Origin: an uncultured Clostridia bacterium
Lineage (GTDB): Bacteria; Bacillota; Clostridia; Oscillospirales; Ruminococcaceae
Reading direction: 5' to 3'
DNA: 38,730 bases
Assembly (NCBI GenBank): GCA_947629275.1
Contig: CANRDG010000001.1
Location: 1 to 38,730, forward strand
Made by a program: the position numbers and the translations under genes. Shown piece by piece: positions 31,197-38,730 of the stretch. The number at the start of each line of letters is the position of its first letter. The stretch's first letter is position 1. The notes beneath the pieces were generated by a model that saw only the letters and a program-made list of their open reading frames with translations, searched no databases and had not been told where the DNA came from.

Positions 31197-31602
31197 TTTT
31201 ACCTCTCATTTCATCTTCAAGCATATCAAGCACTTTTTCAAGCGCCGCTTTCACGATCTCTGCTATATTCGGCGGCAAAGTGTATGATTTGCTTTTCTCT
31301 TTGCCTGAACGTGCTTTATACAGCTTTACTTCTGCATTTCTATCGAGCAGTTCCCTGATCGTATCTATGACCTCTTTGAGAGCGTATTCTTCCGCCTTTT
31401 CGATAAGCATTTTACCGTCAATATTTGATATTTTATGATACGCGCTAGAATCAAGATACCGCTTAATGTCACGCATAGTCATTTCTGACGTTTTAAATCT
31501 CTCAGGACATCTGCCTATATATGCCTCTTTGTAATCTTCTATCGCTTGGCACAGTATGCCGCCGATAAGGTTTTCCACGCCCTCGTCGCATATTTTTTTC
31601 AC
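31183..31602 (-). CDS. Hypothetical protein (139 aa)
   Basis: GTG start with SD AGGAG 6 nt upstream. No motif recognised. Confidence 0.55.
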   Translation of the reverse strand: MKKICDEGVENLIGGILCQAIEDYKEAYIGRCPERFKTSEMTMRDIKRYLDSSAYHKISNIDGKMLIEKAEEYALKEVIDTIRELLDRNAEVKLYKARSGKEKSKSYTLPPNIAEIVKAALEKVLDMLEDEMRGKNEKA

Positions 31603-31616
31603 TGCTATCTCCTATC

Positions 31617-31853
31617 TTATGTTTTTTCCCAGCCTTTGCCTTTGATTTCAAAAGAAATGTTGCTTACCTTTATGCGCGGTGCAGGCTCTTTCTTTGCTTT
31701 TTTCGGCGGTCTCATGACGTCAATAAACCACAGCACTAGCACCATGATCATCACGCCGACAGACCGCCCCGACAGTGTGCCGTACACTTTAAGCTCAGTA
31801 AGCGCCAGAATAACGCCGAGGAAGCACAAAGCGCTATACAGTACCTTTAACAT
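31617..31853 (-). CDS. Small membrane protein (2 predicted TM helices, basic tail)
   Basis: Start re-set to MLKVLYSALCFLG with SD AAAGGAG 9 nt upstream. Two hydrophobic stretches are followed by RPPKKAKKEPAPR. Confidence 0.5.
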   Translation of the reverse strand: MLKVLYSALCFLGVILALTELKVYGTLSGRSVGVMIMVLVLWFIDVMRPPKKAKKEPAPRIKVSNISFEIKGKGWEKT

Positions 31854-32124
31854 TAACGCCACTCCTTTCAAGTTCTCGCAGCTTTTTCAGCCGCCTTTCA
31901 TAGTCATCAACGTCAATTCTCCAAACCTCATACGCGACCCGTGTGTTGATAGAGTGCGGCAGAAACGCCTTTATGTTCTGGTCTGCCATTACCCTTTTGA
32001 CCTCGTTCTTCATACGCTGCGCGACCGTTTCACCCACACCGAATAGTTCCTTGATCTCGCTCGTTCCAAGCTCCGGCTGCGAATAGTACAGCCGCAGAGC
32101 CGTTTCAATGTCAGGGTTTTTCAT
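31834..32124 (-). CDS. Hypothetical HTH-like DNA-binding protein (96 aa)
   Basis: SD GGGGGA. The segment GTSEIKELFGVGETVAQRMKNEV looks like a helix-turn-helix. Confidence 0.5.
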   Translation of the reverse strand: MKNPDIETALRLYYSQPELGTSEIKELFGVGETVAQRMKNEVKRVMADQNIKAFLPHSINTRVAYEVWRIDVDDYERRLKKLRELERSGVNVKGTV

Positions 32125-32271
32125 TTAATCATTCCCCCTTACTTCCAGTTTACACTCGCCGTCCGTCTGCTCAGTATATTCCTTGCAGAAATTCTCTGCA
32201 TCTTCACGGCTTGCAGTAGCATAGACAGCTTCACCGAACGGGTTTTCGTAAAAATCAATTACTGTGTACAT
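32125..32271 (-). CDS. Hypothetical acidic micro-protein (48 aa)
   Basis: My own translation: MYTVIDFYENPFGEAVYATASREDAENFCKEYTEQTDGECKLEVRGND. SD GGAGGAGG 9 nt upstream. Its stop abuts the next ATG. Confidence 0.45.
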   Translation of the reverse strand: MYTVIDFYENPFGEAVYATASREDAENFCKEYTEQTDGECKLEVRGND

Positions 32272-33046
32272 CAGATTCTACCTCCTCCAGTATTGCTTTG
32301 CCGTCGCGGAAGATAAGCGCAGCGCCCAGTACATTTGCGATCGCAGCAGCGACTTTAACGCTGTTGGTATGTCCACGCATAAACTCGCTTATGGTACACT
32401 GCTTATATCCCGTGAACTCTGCCAGCATATTATTGTTGATACCCAACGCCTTCTTGCGCTTGGTAACTTGGTATCGGAAATAGCCGTATTCGCCGCCGTA
32501 CTTCTTCTGTACATACTGTTCGCGCTTTTTATCCAGCATTTCTCTTACCTCTTGCGGTATCTCGTCTCGCAGATTTGGAACACTGTCCTGTTCCGTTTTA
32601 ATCTTTGAAAGAGAGATTTTTGGACTTTCATCTTTCGGCGGTGACTTAGATATGACTTGCGCTCCGTCCGGTACGCTGAGGGTTATTGTCACCCCGTTGA
32701 TACTAAGTTCTAAAATATTCGTTGCCATAAATGTTTTCTCCACCTTTTCTCCTTTATTAGAATTTATTACCCTAATGACTTTGACTTCTTCTGCACATTT
32801 TCCGGTGTATTCAGTGCTTTTGCTCGACTTGCTTTGGTAAGTATTCTCTCCTAAAAGATAGTCTAAAGACACATTGAAAAAATGACCTATTTTATCAATG
32901 TACTTCATGTAAGATTGACTTTTCCCTGATATCCACGCAGAAAACACACTTTTCTCAATACCGAGATAATCGGTCAAATCTTTTTGATTTTGCTCATTTC
33001 GCCTAAGCAAAACCAATATTTTGTTTACAACACTATATTCAGCCAT
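32255..33046 (-). CDS. Dual-HTH XRE-family regulator (263 aa)
   Basis: SD GGGGGGTG. N-terminal XRE HTH (QKDLTDYLGIEKSVFSAWISGK...SLDYLLGE) and a second HTH near the C-terminus (NNMLAEFTGYKQCTISEFMRGH). Confidence 0.7.
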   Translation of the reverse strand: MAEYSVVNKILVLLRRNEQNQKDLTDYLGIEKSVFSAWISGKSQSYMKYIDKIGHFFNVSLDYLLGENTYQSKSSKSTEYTGKCAEEVKVIRVINSNKGEKVEKTFMATNILELSINGVTITLSVPDGAQVISKSPPKDESPKISLSKIKTEQDSVPNLRDEIPQEVREMLDKKREQYVQKKYGGEYGYFRYQVTKRKKALGINNNMLAEFTGYKQCTISEFMRGHTNSVKVAAAIANVLGAALIFRDGKAILEEVESDVHSN

Positions 33047-33087
33047 TTATATTCACCCCCCTTAGATAGTCAAATAATATAATGTTA

Positions 33088-33339
33088 CTAAGTAAGCGAC
33101 ATGTCATCTGAAATTACTACGGCAAATTTTCTAGCACTACTTCTGCCAAGAAGGTAATCGACTGAACAATCGAAAAGATTCGCCATATCAATTAACACAG
33201 TCGTCGGAATGTTCCCACTAAAAAGCCAATTGTAGTAAGTTTTTCGTTCTTTATAATTAAGCCTTTTAATAAGTTCCTCTTGTGATAGTCCACAACGTAT
33301 TCTTTCAGATTCAATATTAGGATACTTAAACGAGTTCAT
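33088..33339 (-). CDS. Cro-like XRE-family regulator
   Basis: SD GGAGG. HTH GLSQEELIKRLNYKERKTYYNW...VDYLLGR. It is the first gene of the leftward operon, divergent from the CI-like gene. Confidence 0.75.
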   Translation of the reverse strand: MNSFKYPNIESERIRCGLSQEELIKRLNYKERKTYYNWLFSGNIPTTVLIDMANLFDCSVDYLLGRSSARKFAVVISDDMSLT

Positions 33340-33361
33340 AAAGCTTTCACCTCCATTTGCA

Positions 33362-33409
33362 ATATACGCACTTTGTGTATATTATTATATACGCAAAATG
33401 TGTGTATGT
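33362..33409. promoter_or_regulatory. Two related palindromic operators (O1 33362..33382, O2 33387..33409)
   Basis: O1 is ATATACGCA-CTT-TGTGTATAT and O2 is ATATACGCA-AAATG-TGTGTATGT. Half-sites are TATACGCA / TGTGTATA. A weaker third site may lie at 33431..33447 (TATTCACAAATCGCATA). Confidence 0.6.
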
Positions 33410-33412
33410 CAA
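33384..33412 (-). promoter_or_regulatory. Consensus early lytic (leftward) promoter
   Basis: On the minus strand: TTGACA (33412..33407), a 17-nt spacer, then TATAAT (33389..33384). O2 fills the spacer and O1 covers the predicted start site. Confidence 0.7.
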
Positions 33413-33487
33413 GAGCAAAAGCTATAAAATTATTCACAAATCGCATAGCTACTATTAGTGCAATATTTACAAATTGTGCAATTTCGC

Positions 33488-33515
33488 TTGACAAATTACT
33501 CAAAAAGCGTATAAT
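33488..33515 (+). promoter_or_regulatory. Repressor (rightward) promoter
   Basis: TTGACA (33488..33493), a 16-nt spacer, then TATAAT (33510..33515). SD GGAGG lies 7 nt before ATG 33537. Confidence 0.65.
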
Positions 33516-33536
33516 TAAATAAACGGAGGCGATTGT

Positions 33537-34391
33537 ATGTTAAGATTGAAAGAATTAAGACAGGAAAAGAAACAAAACATGAGACAGACGGCTATTGCAT
33601 TAGGAATTCCATATACAACTTATATATCTTATGAAAAAGGAGACAGGGAGCCTAATTCAGAAATGTTAATTGCATTAGCCGAATACTTTAATTGTTCAAT
33701 TGACTATCTTGTCGGAAGAAGTAATGAAAGAATTAGTGACGAAGTTTTAGATCAAGTAAATTTACTAGATAATGATTTATTGGTATTTCACGGAAATATT
33801 CATGATGCCAAAAAAGCTCAAAAAGAAAGATATTCTAAACTTACGTCAAGTCAACAATTTTATAACGAGCAACCATTGGACTTTTTAACAAGTGATGAGA
33901 TGTCTCAAATAAAAAAATACCGTACACTTGACGAGTACGGCAAAAAAATAATGAATAGTGTGTTGAATATTGAATATGATAGATGCACGCATATGGAAGA
34001 ACAATCAACAATTGAGCTACCTATACAATTGATCTCGGCATCTGCTGGAACGGGTCAATGGCTCGGTGATGATGAATATACAGAACGTATAAGAGTAGCT
34101 GATACAGCAGAAGCGCGAAAGGCTAACCTCGTAATTGAAGTAAATGGAAACAGTATGCTACCTAGTTATAAAGACGGTGATAAAGTACTTGTTCGTTTGC
34201 AACGAGACATAAATATAGGTGAAATAGGCATTTTCGTTGTAAATGGCAGTGCTTATATTAAAGAAAAAGGTAAAAACGAACTTGTATCTCTAAATCCCGA
34301 ATTTGACAATATCGCTATTAACGAATATGATAGGATAGATTGCGTTGGAAAAGTATTAGGTATAGCAGACGTTATAGATTATTCTATTTAG
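33537..34391 (+). CDS. CI-like repressor: XRE HTH + LexA/S24 autopeptidase domain
   Basis: N-terminal HTH QNMRQTAIALGIPYTTYISYEKG. A candidate Ala-Gly cleavage site (SASAGTG). S24 catalytic Ser in VNGNSMLP and Lys in YIKEKG. Confidence 0.85.
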   Translation: MLRLKELRQEKKQNMRQTAIALGIPYTTYISYEKGDREPNSEMLIALAEYFNCSIDYLVGRSNERISDEVLDQVNLLDNDLLVFHGNIHDAKKAQKERYSKLTSSQQFYNEQPLDFLTSDEMSQIKKYRTLDEYGKKIMNSVLNIEYDRCTHMEEQSTIELPIQLISASAGTGQWLGDDEYTERIRVADTAEARKANLVIEVNGNSMLPSYKDGDKVLVRLQRDINIGEIGIFVVNGSAYIKEKGKNELVSLNPEFDNIAINEYDRIDCVGKVLGIADVIDYSI

Positions 34392-34402
34392 GAGGCAGCA
34401 CA

Positions 34403-35257
34403 ATGAAACGTATTATATTACTATTAATGCTTATTGCAAGCCTTACTTTAGCTTCGTGCTCAGATACTTCTGCTTCAGATAAAGAGAGTACTTCTATATC
34501 AGACACCCAAAGTCAAGCTGTTACCAAAAGCACTACAACTACCGAAAAAGTGGTTATTGATATAAGTTCATCAGACAGCGATTCAGCCGGTGAAAGCACT
34601 TCCAATTCGACCGTAGATGAAGCTGATCTTGATATGTTGGCATCATTCGACGGCTATCAGTACAGCGAAGATTATGATGATTATACCGTTACTTATTCAT
34701 ATCGGGCAGATACCGATAAAATGATGATTATTATAGATGTTATAGTAGAGTTATACGATTCTTATGATTTATTAGAAAATTCTCTTAATATCTCATCACT
34801 AACAGATACTTTAAACAATACTGTTGACAATTTATTTAATACCACCGATATAGCAACACAAGGAAATTATGTGTTTAAAGACAATCTCGGAAACATTGTC
34901 GCAAAGTATTCATACGAATATTTAGGAGAGATGGTTTGTGAAAACTTAGACGGAACATATCAATTTTTTTTGAATGGCATTTCAAATATGAGCAATTATA
35001 GTAATATTATTGTTGACGATAACGATTTAAAAGAAAAAAACTCAATGTTAATATATGGGAGTTTTGAGGCACCACAAAATTATAGAGATGCTTGTGTTGT
35101 GTATGGAGAAGTTACCGGCGTGGACGGTGCTACAACCACTGCACAAGGTGTTGCTGATGAAAACGGGAATTTTACTCTAGCAGTCATAGATGAAAATTTT
35201 ATAGAATCTCACGGATATAAATCTTGTGTGATCATATCTATATATGATTTAATTTAA
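34403..35257 (+). CDS. Secreted lipoprotein (moron between repressor and integrase; candidate superinfection-exclusion factor)
   Basis: Start re-set to MKRIILLLMLIASLTLASCS (signal peptide plus lipobox L-A-S-C) with SD AGGAGG. A Ser/Thr/Asp-rich linker follows, then a ~190-aa Asn/Asp/Tyr-rich domain. Confidence 0.75.
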   Translation: MKRIILLLMLIASLTLASCSDTSASDKESTSISDTQSQAVTKSTTTTEKVVIDISSSDSDSAGESTSNSTVDEADLDMLASFDGYQYSEDYDDYTVTYSYRADTDKMMIIIDVIVELYDSYDLLENSLNISSLTDTLNNTVDNLFNTTDIATQGNYVFKDNLGNIVAKYSYEYLGEMVCENLDGTYQFFLNGISNMSNYSNIIVDDNDLKEKNSMLIYGSFEAPQNYRDACVVYGEVTGVDGATTTAQGVADENGNFTLAVIDENFIESHGYKSCVIISIYDLI

Positions 35258-35318
35258 ATAAAAAGCCGCTCCGGTGAGGCAACACCGAAGCGGCAAGTGA
35301 GAATGTCCCCATGTCAAC

Positions 35319-35345
35319 AAAGGGCAAATTCTGCCCTTTTATTGT
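35319..35345 (+). terminator. Intrinsic terminator after the repressor-lipoprotein operon
   Basis: AAAGGGCA, a 5-nt loop, TGCCCTTT, then TATTG. A second, longer hairpin (35265..35294, 11/12 bp) precedes it but has no U-tract. Confidence 0.55.
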
Positions 35346-35383
35346 AGCATAAAATTTTTTGAATGTCAATAGGAGGAGTTTTT

Positions 35384-36532
35384 ATGCCTATTTATAAGAT
35401 GACAGGCAAGAAAAACGGCAAGCAGCGTTACCGTGTGCGTATCAACTACACAGACAACTACGGCAAGGCGCATCAGACCGACCGCACTGTTTACGGTCTT
35501 GAAGAGGCAAAAATGCTTGAATATCAGCTTACCAACGACATCAAGCGCAAGAAAGAAACGCCTGCTGCCGGTATGACGATCAGCGATCTCTATGAAGAAT
35601 ATATCAACGCAAAGCGATATGAGGTGCGCGAGACCACTCTTGACAAGAGCGTGCGCATAATCGCGCGATACATCATACCCGAATGCGGCAGCACCAAGCT
35701 GTCGAAGTTTAACGTGGCTTCCGTCCAGAAGTGGAAGATGTACATGGAAGGGCTGAACGTCGGCATCACCACCAAGCGGAATGTCTATGGGGTGTTCCAC
35801 GCGATGATAAACTATGCCGTGAAAATGGAATATATGTCGCGAAACGTGCTGGAGCAGGCTGGTAACTTCAAAGCGCCGCTCGATACCACAGCCACCAAAG
35901 AAATGCAGTACTACACCGCCGACGAGTTCAAGCGGTTTATTGCCGCCGCAAAAAGTGAGGCTGAAGCGGCAGAAGCCAAGGGTGAGCTGTACAAATGGAA
36001 TTTTTATGTATTTTTTAACATCGCCTTTTACACAGGTATGCGCAAAGGCGAAATTAACGCCCTACAGTGGACGGACATCAAGGATGGCAGGATAAGCATT
36101 ACAAAGAGCGTGGCGCAGAAGCTTAAAGGTGCTGACCGCATCACGCCGCCGAAAAATAAAAGCAGCATACGCACTATACAGATACCGTTGCCGCTCATGG
36201 CGGTGCTGGAGCAGCACAAGGAGCGGTGCAGTGCCATTGACGGCTTTGCTGAGAGCTGGTATATCTGTGGCGGTGTGCGCTGCATAAGAGATACCAGCGT
36301 GCAGAAAACCTTGCAGAGATACGCCGAGGCGGCAGGTGTTAAAGCGATAAGGGTGCACGACTTTCGGCACAGCCATGCTTCCCTGCTTGCCAACGAGGGC
36401 ATAAACATACAGGAGATCGCACGTCGGCTCGGTCACGCGAAGATAAGCATGACGTGGGACACCTATTCGCATTTGTATCCGAGAGAGGAAGAAAGGGCGA
36501 TAAAAATTCTGAATAATATAAAAAACGTGTAA
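35384..36532 (+). CDS. int: Tyrosine integrase
   Basis: Start re-set to MPIYKMTGK with SD AGGAGGAG. Catalytic residues are present: R in YTGMRKGE, HDFRH (H-x-x-R), LGH, and Y in DTYSHL. It lies adjacent to the tRNA. Confidence 0.9.
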   Translation: MPIYKMTGKKNGKQRYRVRINYTDNYGKAHQTDRTVYGLEEAKMLEYQLTNDIKRKKETPAAGMTISDLYEEYINAKRYEVRETTLDKSVRIIARYIIPECGSTKLSKFNVASVQKWKMYMEGLNVGITTKRNVYGVFHAMINYAVKMEYMSRNVLEQAGNFKAPLDTTATKEMQYYTADEFKRFIAAAKSEAEAAEAKGELYKWNFYVFFNIAFYTGMRKGEINALQWTDIKDGRISITKSVAQKLKGADRITPPKNKSSIRTIQIPLPLMAVLEQHKERCSAIDGFAESWYICGGVRCIRDTSVQKTLQRYAEAAGVKAIRVHDFRHSHASLLANEGINIQEIARRLGHAKISMTWDTYSHLYPREEERAIKILNNIKNV

Positions 36533-36551
36533 AAATCGTGTAAGCAAAATA

Positions 36552-36579
36552 ATAAACCCCCGATTATTCGAGGGTTTAT
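36552..36579. terminator. Bidirectional hairpin terminator between int and tRNA-Ser
   Basis: ATAAACCC, a central section (inner CG/CG pairs and an ATTATT loop), then GGGTTTAT. T-rich on the + side (TTATTCTC) and on the minus side (TTTATTATTTT). Confidence 0.6.
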
Positions 36580-36586
36580 TCTCATA

Positions 36587-36678
36587 TGGCGGAGCAGGAG
36601 AGATTCGAACTCTCGGTCCCGATTAAGGGATTACTCGATTTCGAGTCGAGCCCGTTATGACCACTTCGATACTGCTCC
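36587..36678 (-). tRNA. tRNA-Ser (anticodon CGA), type II with a long variable arm; CCA encoded
   Basis: Folded by hand. Acceptor stem GGAGCAG/CTGCTCC, 3-bp D stem, anticodon stem CTCGA/TCGAG with loop CT-CGA-AA, an 18-nt variable arm, T arm GAGAG-TTCGAAT-CTCTC, discriminator G, and CCA. Confidence 0.9.
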
Positions 36679-36707
36679 AAATATTCAATAAACTTAGTGA
36701 CTTAGAT

Positions 36708-36736
36708 ATTATAACACATCGCGAAGAAAAAATCAA
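36708..36736 (-). promoter_or_regulatory. tRNA-Ser promoter
   Basis: On the minus strand: TTGATT (36736..36731), a 17-nt spacer, then TATAAT (36713..36708), preceded by TGTGT. It lies about 30 nt upstream of the tRNA 5' end. Confidence 0.55.
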
Positions 36737-36819
36737 TAGCAATAAAATTACATTTAGCAAAAAAATATTCACATCGGCGGCTGTCATTTTGTCAAATTTG
36801 CTTATTTTTTGCTGTATCC

Positions 36820-36849
36820 TTGACAAAGGTAATAAAAAAGTGATATTAT
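36820..36849 (+). promoter_or_regulatory. lysA promoter candidate
   Basis: TTGACA (36820..36825), an 18-nt spacer ending in TGa (extended -10), then TATTAT (36844..36849). Confidence 0.5.
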
Positions 36850-36893
36850 AGTATGTGTATGTATATTTTGCGAGAGGAGCAAAACTTAGGATC

Positions 36894-38150
36894 ATGAAAA
36901 CACCGTTTATCACTAAAGAACAAGCAGAAGAAATAATCAAAAAATACCCCACGCCTTTTCACATATACGACGAAAAAGGCATAAGAGAAAACGCACGCCG
37001 AGTAAAGCAGGCGTTTGCGTGGAATAAAGGCTTCAAAGAGTATTTTGCCGTTAAAGCTACACCAAACCCGTTCATTCTGAAAATATTGCAGGAGGAAGGC
37101 TGCGGCGTTGACTGCTCCAGCTATACCGAGCTGCTGATGAGCAAGGCGTGCGGCTTTGAGGGCGAGGATATAATGTTCTCTTCAAATGTAACGCCCGATA
37201 AAGACTACCTTTTGGCAAGGGAGCTTGGCGCAATTATAAATATCGATGATTTTACGCACATTGAGCACCTTGACAAGCTGTGCGGAATTCCCGAGCTTAT
37301 TTGCTGCCGCTATAACCCGGGCGGAAAGTTTGAAATGCACAATCAGATAATGGATAACCCCGGCGACGCTAAGTACGGCTTTACAAAAGCTCAGATAATC
37401 GAGGGCTTTAAGATACTGAAACAGAAAGGCGCAAAGGAATTCGGTCTGCACAGCTTCTTGGCTTCAAATACCGTTACCGACGACTACTACCCCGAGCTTG
37501 CAAGGATACTCTTTGAGCTTGCTGTTGAGATACAAAAAGAAACGGGCTGCAAGTTTAAGTTTGTGAATCTTTCGGGCGGCGTAGGCGTGGCTTACAGACC
37601 CGAGCAGCGCGGCAACGATATTATGAACATCGGCGAGGGCGTGCGCAAGGCGTATGAGGAAATACTCGTACCAAACGGCATGGGCGATGTTGCGATATTT
37701 ACCGAGATGGGCAGATTTATGCTCGCACCTTACGGACACCTTGTGACAAAGGTGCTGCACTTTAAGCATATATATAAAGAGTATGTGGGCGTTGATGCCT
37801 GCGCTGCAAACCTTATGAGACCCGCAATGTACGGCGCATACCACCATATAACGGTGCTTGGTAAGGAAAATGAGCCTTGCGACCACGTTTACGACGTTAC
37901 CGGCGGGCTTTGCGAGAACAATGACAAGTTTGCAATTGACAGAAAACTGCCGAAGATAGACATCGGTGATATACTTGTGATACATGATACCGGCGCACAC
38001 GGCTTTGCTATGGGCTATAACTACAACGGTAAGCTCCGCAGCGCGGAAGTTCTTCTGAAAGAGGACGGCAGCACGCAGCTTATAAGACGCGCGGAAACGC
38101 CGGAAGATTACTTCGCAACGTTTGATTTTTCGGACTTTTTCAAAAAGTAA
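36894..38150 (+). CDS. lysA: Diaminopimelate decarboxylase (PLP-dependent Orn/DAP/Arg decarboxylase fold)
   Basis: Start re-set to MKTPFITKEQ. PLP-lysine context FAVKATPNP, a Gly-rich NLSGGVGVAY segment, and C-terminal GGLCENNDKF...HDTGAHG. Confidence 0.8.
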   Translation: MKTPFITKEQAEEIIKKYPTPFHIYDEKGIRENARRVKQAFAWNKGFKEYFAVKATPNPFILKILQEEGCGVDCSSYTELLMSKACGFEGEDIMFSSNVTPDKDYLLARELGAIINIDDFTHIEHLDKLCGIPELICCRYNPGGKFEMHNQIMDNPGDAKYGFTKAQIIEGFKILKQKGAKEFGLHSFLASNTVTDDYYPELARILFELAVEIQKETGCKFKFVNLSGGVGVAYRPEQRGNDIMNIGEGVRKAYEEILVPNGMGDVAIFTEMGRFMLAPYGHLVTKVLHFKHIYKEYVGVDACAANLMRPAMYGAYHHITVLGKENEPCDHVYDVTGGLCENNDKFAIDRKLPKIDIGDILVIHDTGAHGFAMGYNYNGKLRSAEVLLKEDGSTQLIRRAETPEDYFATFDFSDFFKK

Positions 38151-38730
38151 TGAAGACCTGCTACATATCAGACCTTGACGGCACTTTGCTTGACGGCAGC
38201 GCACAGCTTACGCAGTTTACTAAAAACGCTCTCAGCGTACTGGTGAAACACGGCGTTAATATCACTGCGGCGACCGCAAGATCTCCGTACTCTGTAAGAA
38301 AAATATTCAGCGGCGTGAATATTCCTCTGCCTATGATACTTATGAACGGCGTTATGTTTTATGACAATGCGAATGATGAGATAATTTCATATAATGAAAT
38401 AAACCGCGATGCCGCTGTACAGGTGATAAAGACTGTAAAGGGCTTTGGCATTACAGCGTTTATGTATCTTATCAGCGACAAAAAACTGATAGTAAGGCAT
38501 GAAAATATTGATACGCCGTATATGTATGATTTTTATCGGCAGTGGCTTGTAAACTACGGCAAGCAGTTTGAGTATACAGAATACCTTGAAAGCGCTGTGA
38601 CAGACGGCATAGTGTATTTTACTATGCTTTATGACAAAAGCGTTTTAGAGCCTGTCTGCGAGGCTGTTTCAAAGATAGACGGCATAAGCTGCTCTTTTTA
38701 CAATGATATTTACTCGGATATGTGGTATCT
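38150..38730 (+). CDS. HAD-superfamily hydrolase, Cof-like (IIB), 3'-truncated by the window edge
   Basis: My own translation: MKTCYISDLDGTLLDGSAQLT..., with motif I DLDGTLL and TAATARS. The ATG overlaps the lysA stop (TAATG). Not in the ORF track because there is no stop within the window. Confidence 0.75.
   Translation, partial: MKTCYISDLDGTLLDGSAQLTQFTKNALSVLVKHGVNITAATARSPYSVRKIFSGVNIPLPMILMNGVMFYDNANDEIISYNEINRDAAVQVIKTVKGFGITAFMYLISDKKLIVRHENIDTPYMYDFYRQWLVNYGKQFEYTEYLESAVTDGIVYFTMLYDKSVLEPVCEAVSKIDGISCSFYNDIYSDMWY

Larger units (their letters stand above)
1..36586. mobile_element. Temperate siphovirus-like prophage; right junction at tRNA-Ser, left end outside the window
   Basis: The lysogeny, regulation, replication, packaging, head, tail and lysis modules are contiguous and in canonical order. 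The integrase is the last phage gene, its stop codon 54 bp from the tRNA 3' end. Host-type genes follow. Confidence 0.9.

Noticed and set aside
36623-36952. 109-aa minus-strand and 64-aa + strand ORFs over the tRNA and the lysA upstream region
   Set aside because: They overlap the tRNA-Ser gene and two promoter regions. They are AT-rich and low-complexity with no SD.
37182-38204. 246-aa and 89-aa minus-strand ORFs antisense to lysA
   Set aside because: The lysA frame has PLP-decarboxylase motifs throughout. The antisense ORFs are Arg/Lys/Cys-rich with no recognisable features.
1-38730. Alternative genetic code / stop-codon reassignment in the phage
   Set aside because: All large genes give uninterrupted, motif-bearing ORFs under the standard code, and all three stop codons are used as terminators. 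The only disrupted reading (the C5-methyltransferase) is explained by a frameshift plus a deletion.

Overview
About 36.6 kb of this window (1..~36586) is a temperate siphovirus-type prophage. Its left (lysis) end runs off the window, and its right end abuts the 3' end of a tRNA-Ser(CGA) gene. Host genes follow: the tRNA, lysA (diaminopimelate decarboxylase) and a Cof-type HAD hydrolase. Read from the right, the modules are: tyrosine integrase, a lipoprotein moron and a CI-like S24 repressor (all +), then a divergent switch region. Everything after that is on the minus strand: Cro-like and other HTH regulators; a DNA-modification cluster (DPPH methyltransferase, PAPS-reductase-like protein, decayed C5-methyltransferase); and a replication/recombination module (SMC-like ATPase, AAA_24/Sak4-like, DUF669, SF2 helicase, primase-helicase, RusA). 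Then come terS, an inserted serine-recombinase unit, terL, a Com-like Zn-ribbon ORF, portal, the head and tail modules, a 1370-aa mosaic tail fibre and a holin. Many gene pairs overlap as ATGA or TGATG, which implies translational coupling. I re-set several starts from the ORF track to Shine-Dalgarno-supported codons, including TTG and GTG starts. I found no recognisable defence system (no RT, cas, cyclase or toxin-antitoxin). The items most worth follow-up are: (1) a self-contained serine-recombinase transcription unit, lacking the zinc-ribbon domain, that splits terS from terL and sits next to a repeat-rich 268-bp AT-rich leader; (2) an array of five palindromic iteron-like units just downstream of the primase-helicase gene, a candidate origin; (3) a translationally coupled methyltransferase + PAPS-reductase-like pair beside a demonstrably decayed C5-methyltransferase; (4) a GTGCCAWGTGCC motif recurring in the intergenic leaders of terL, the major tail gene and the tape-measure gene, with a looser variant before portal; (5) strong intrinsic terminators inside the late operon; (6) a lipoprotein with Ltp-like architecture in the cI-int moron slot. 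All functional calls rest on motif recognition by eye and on gene order. No database search was run.
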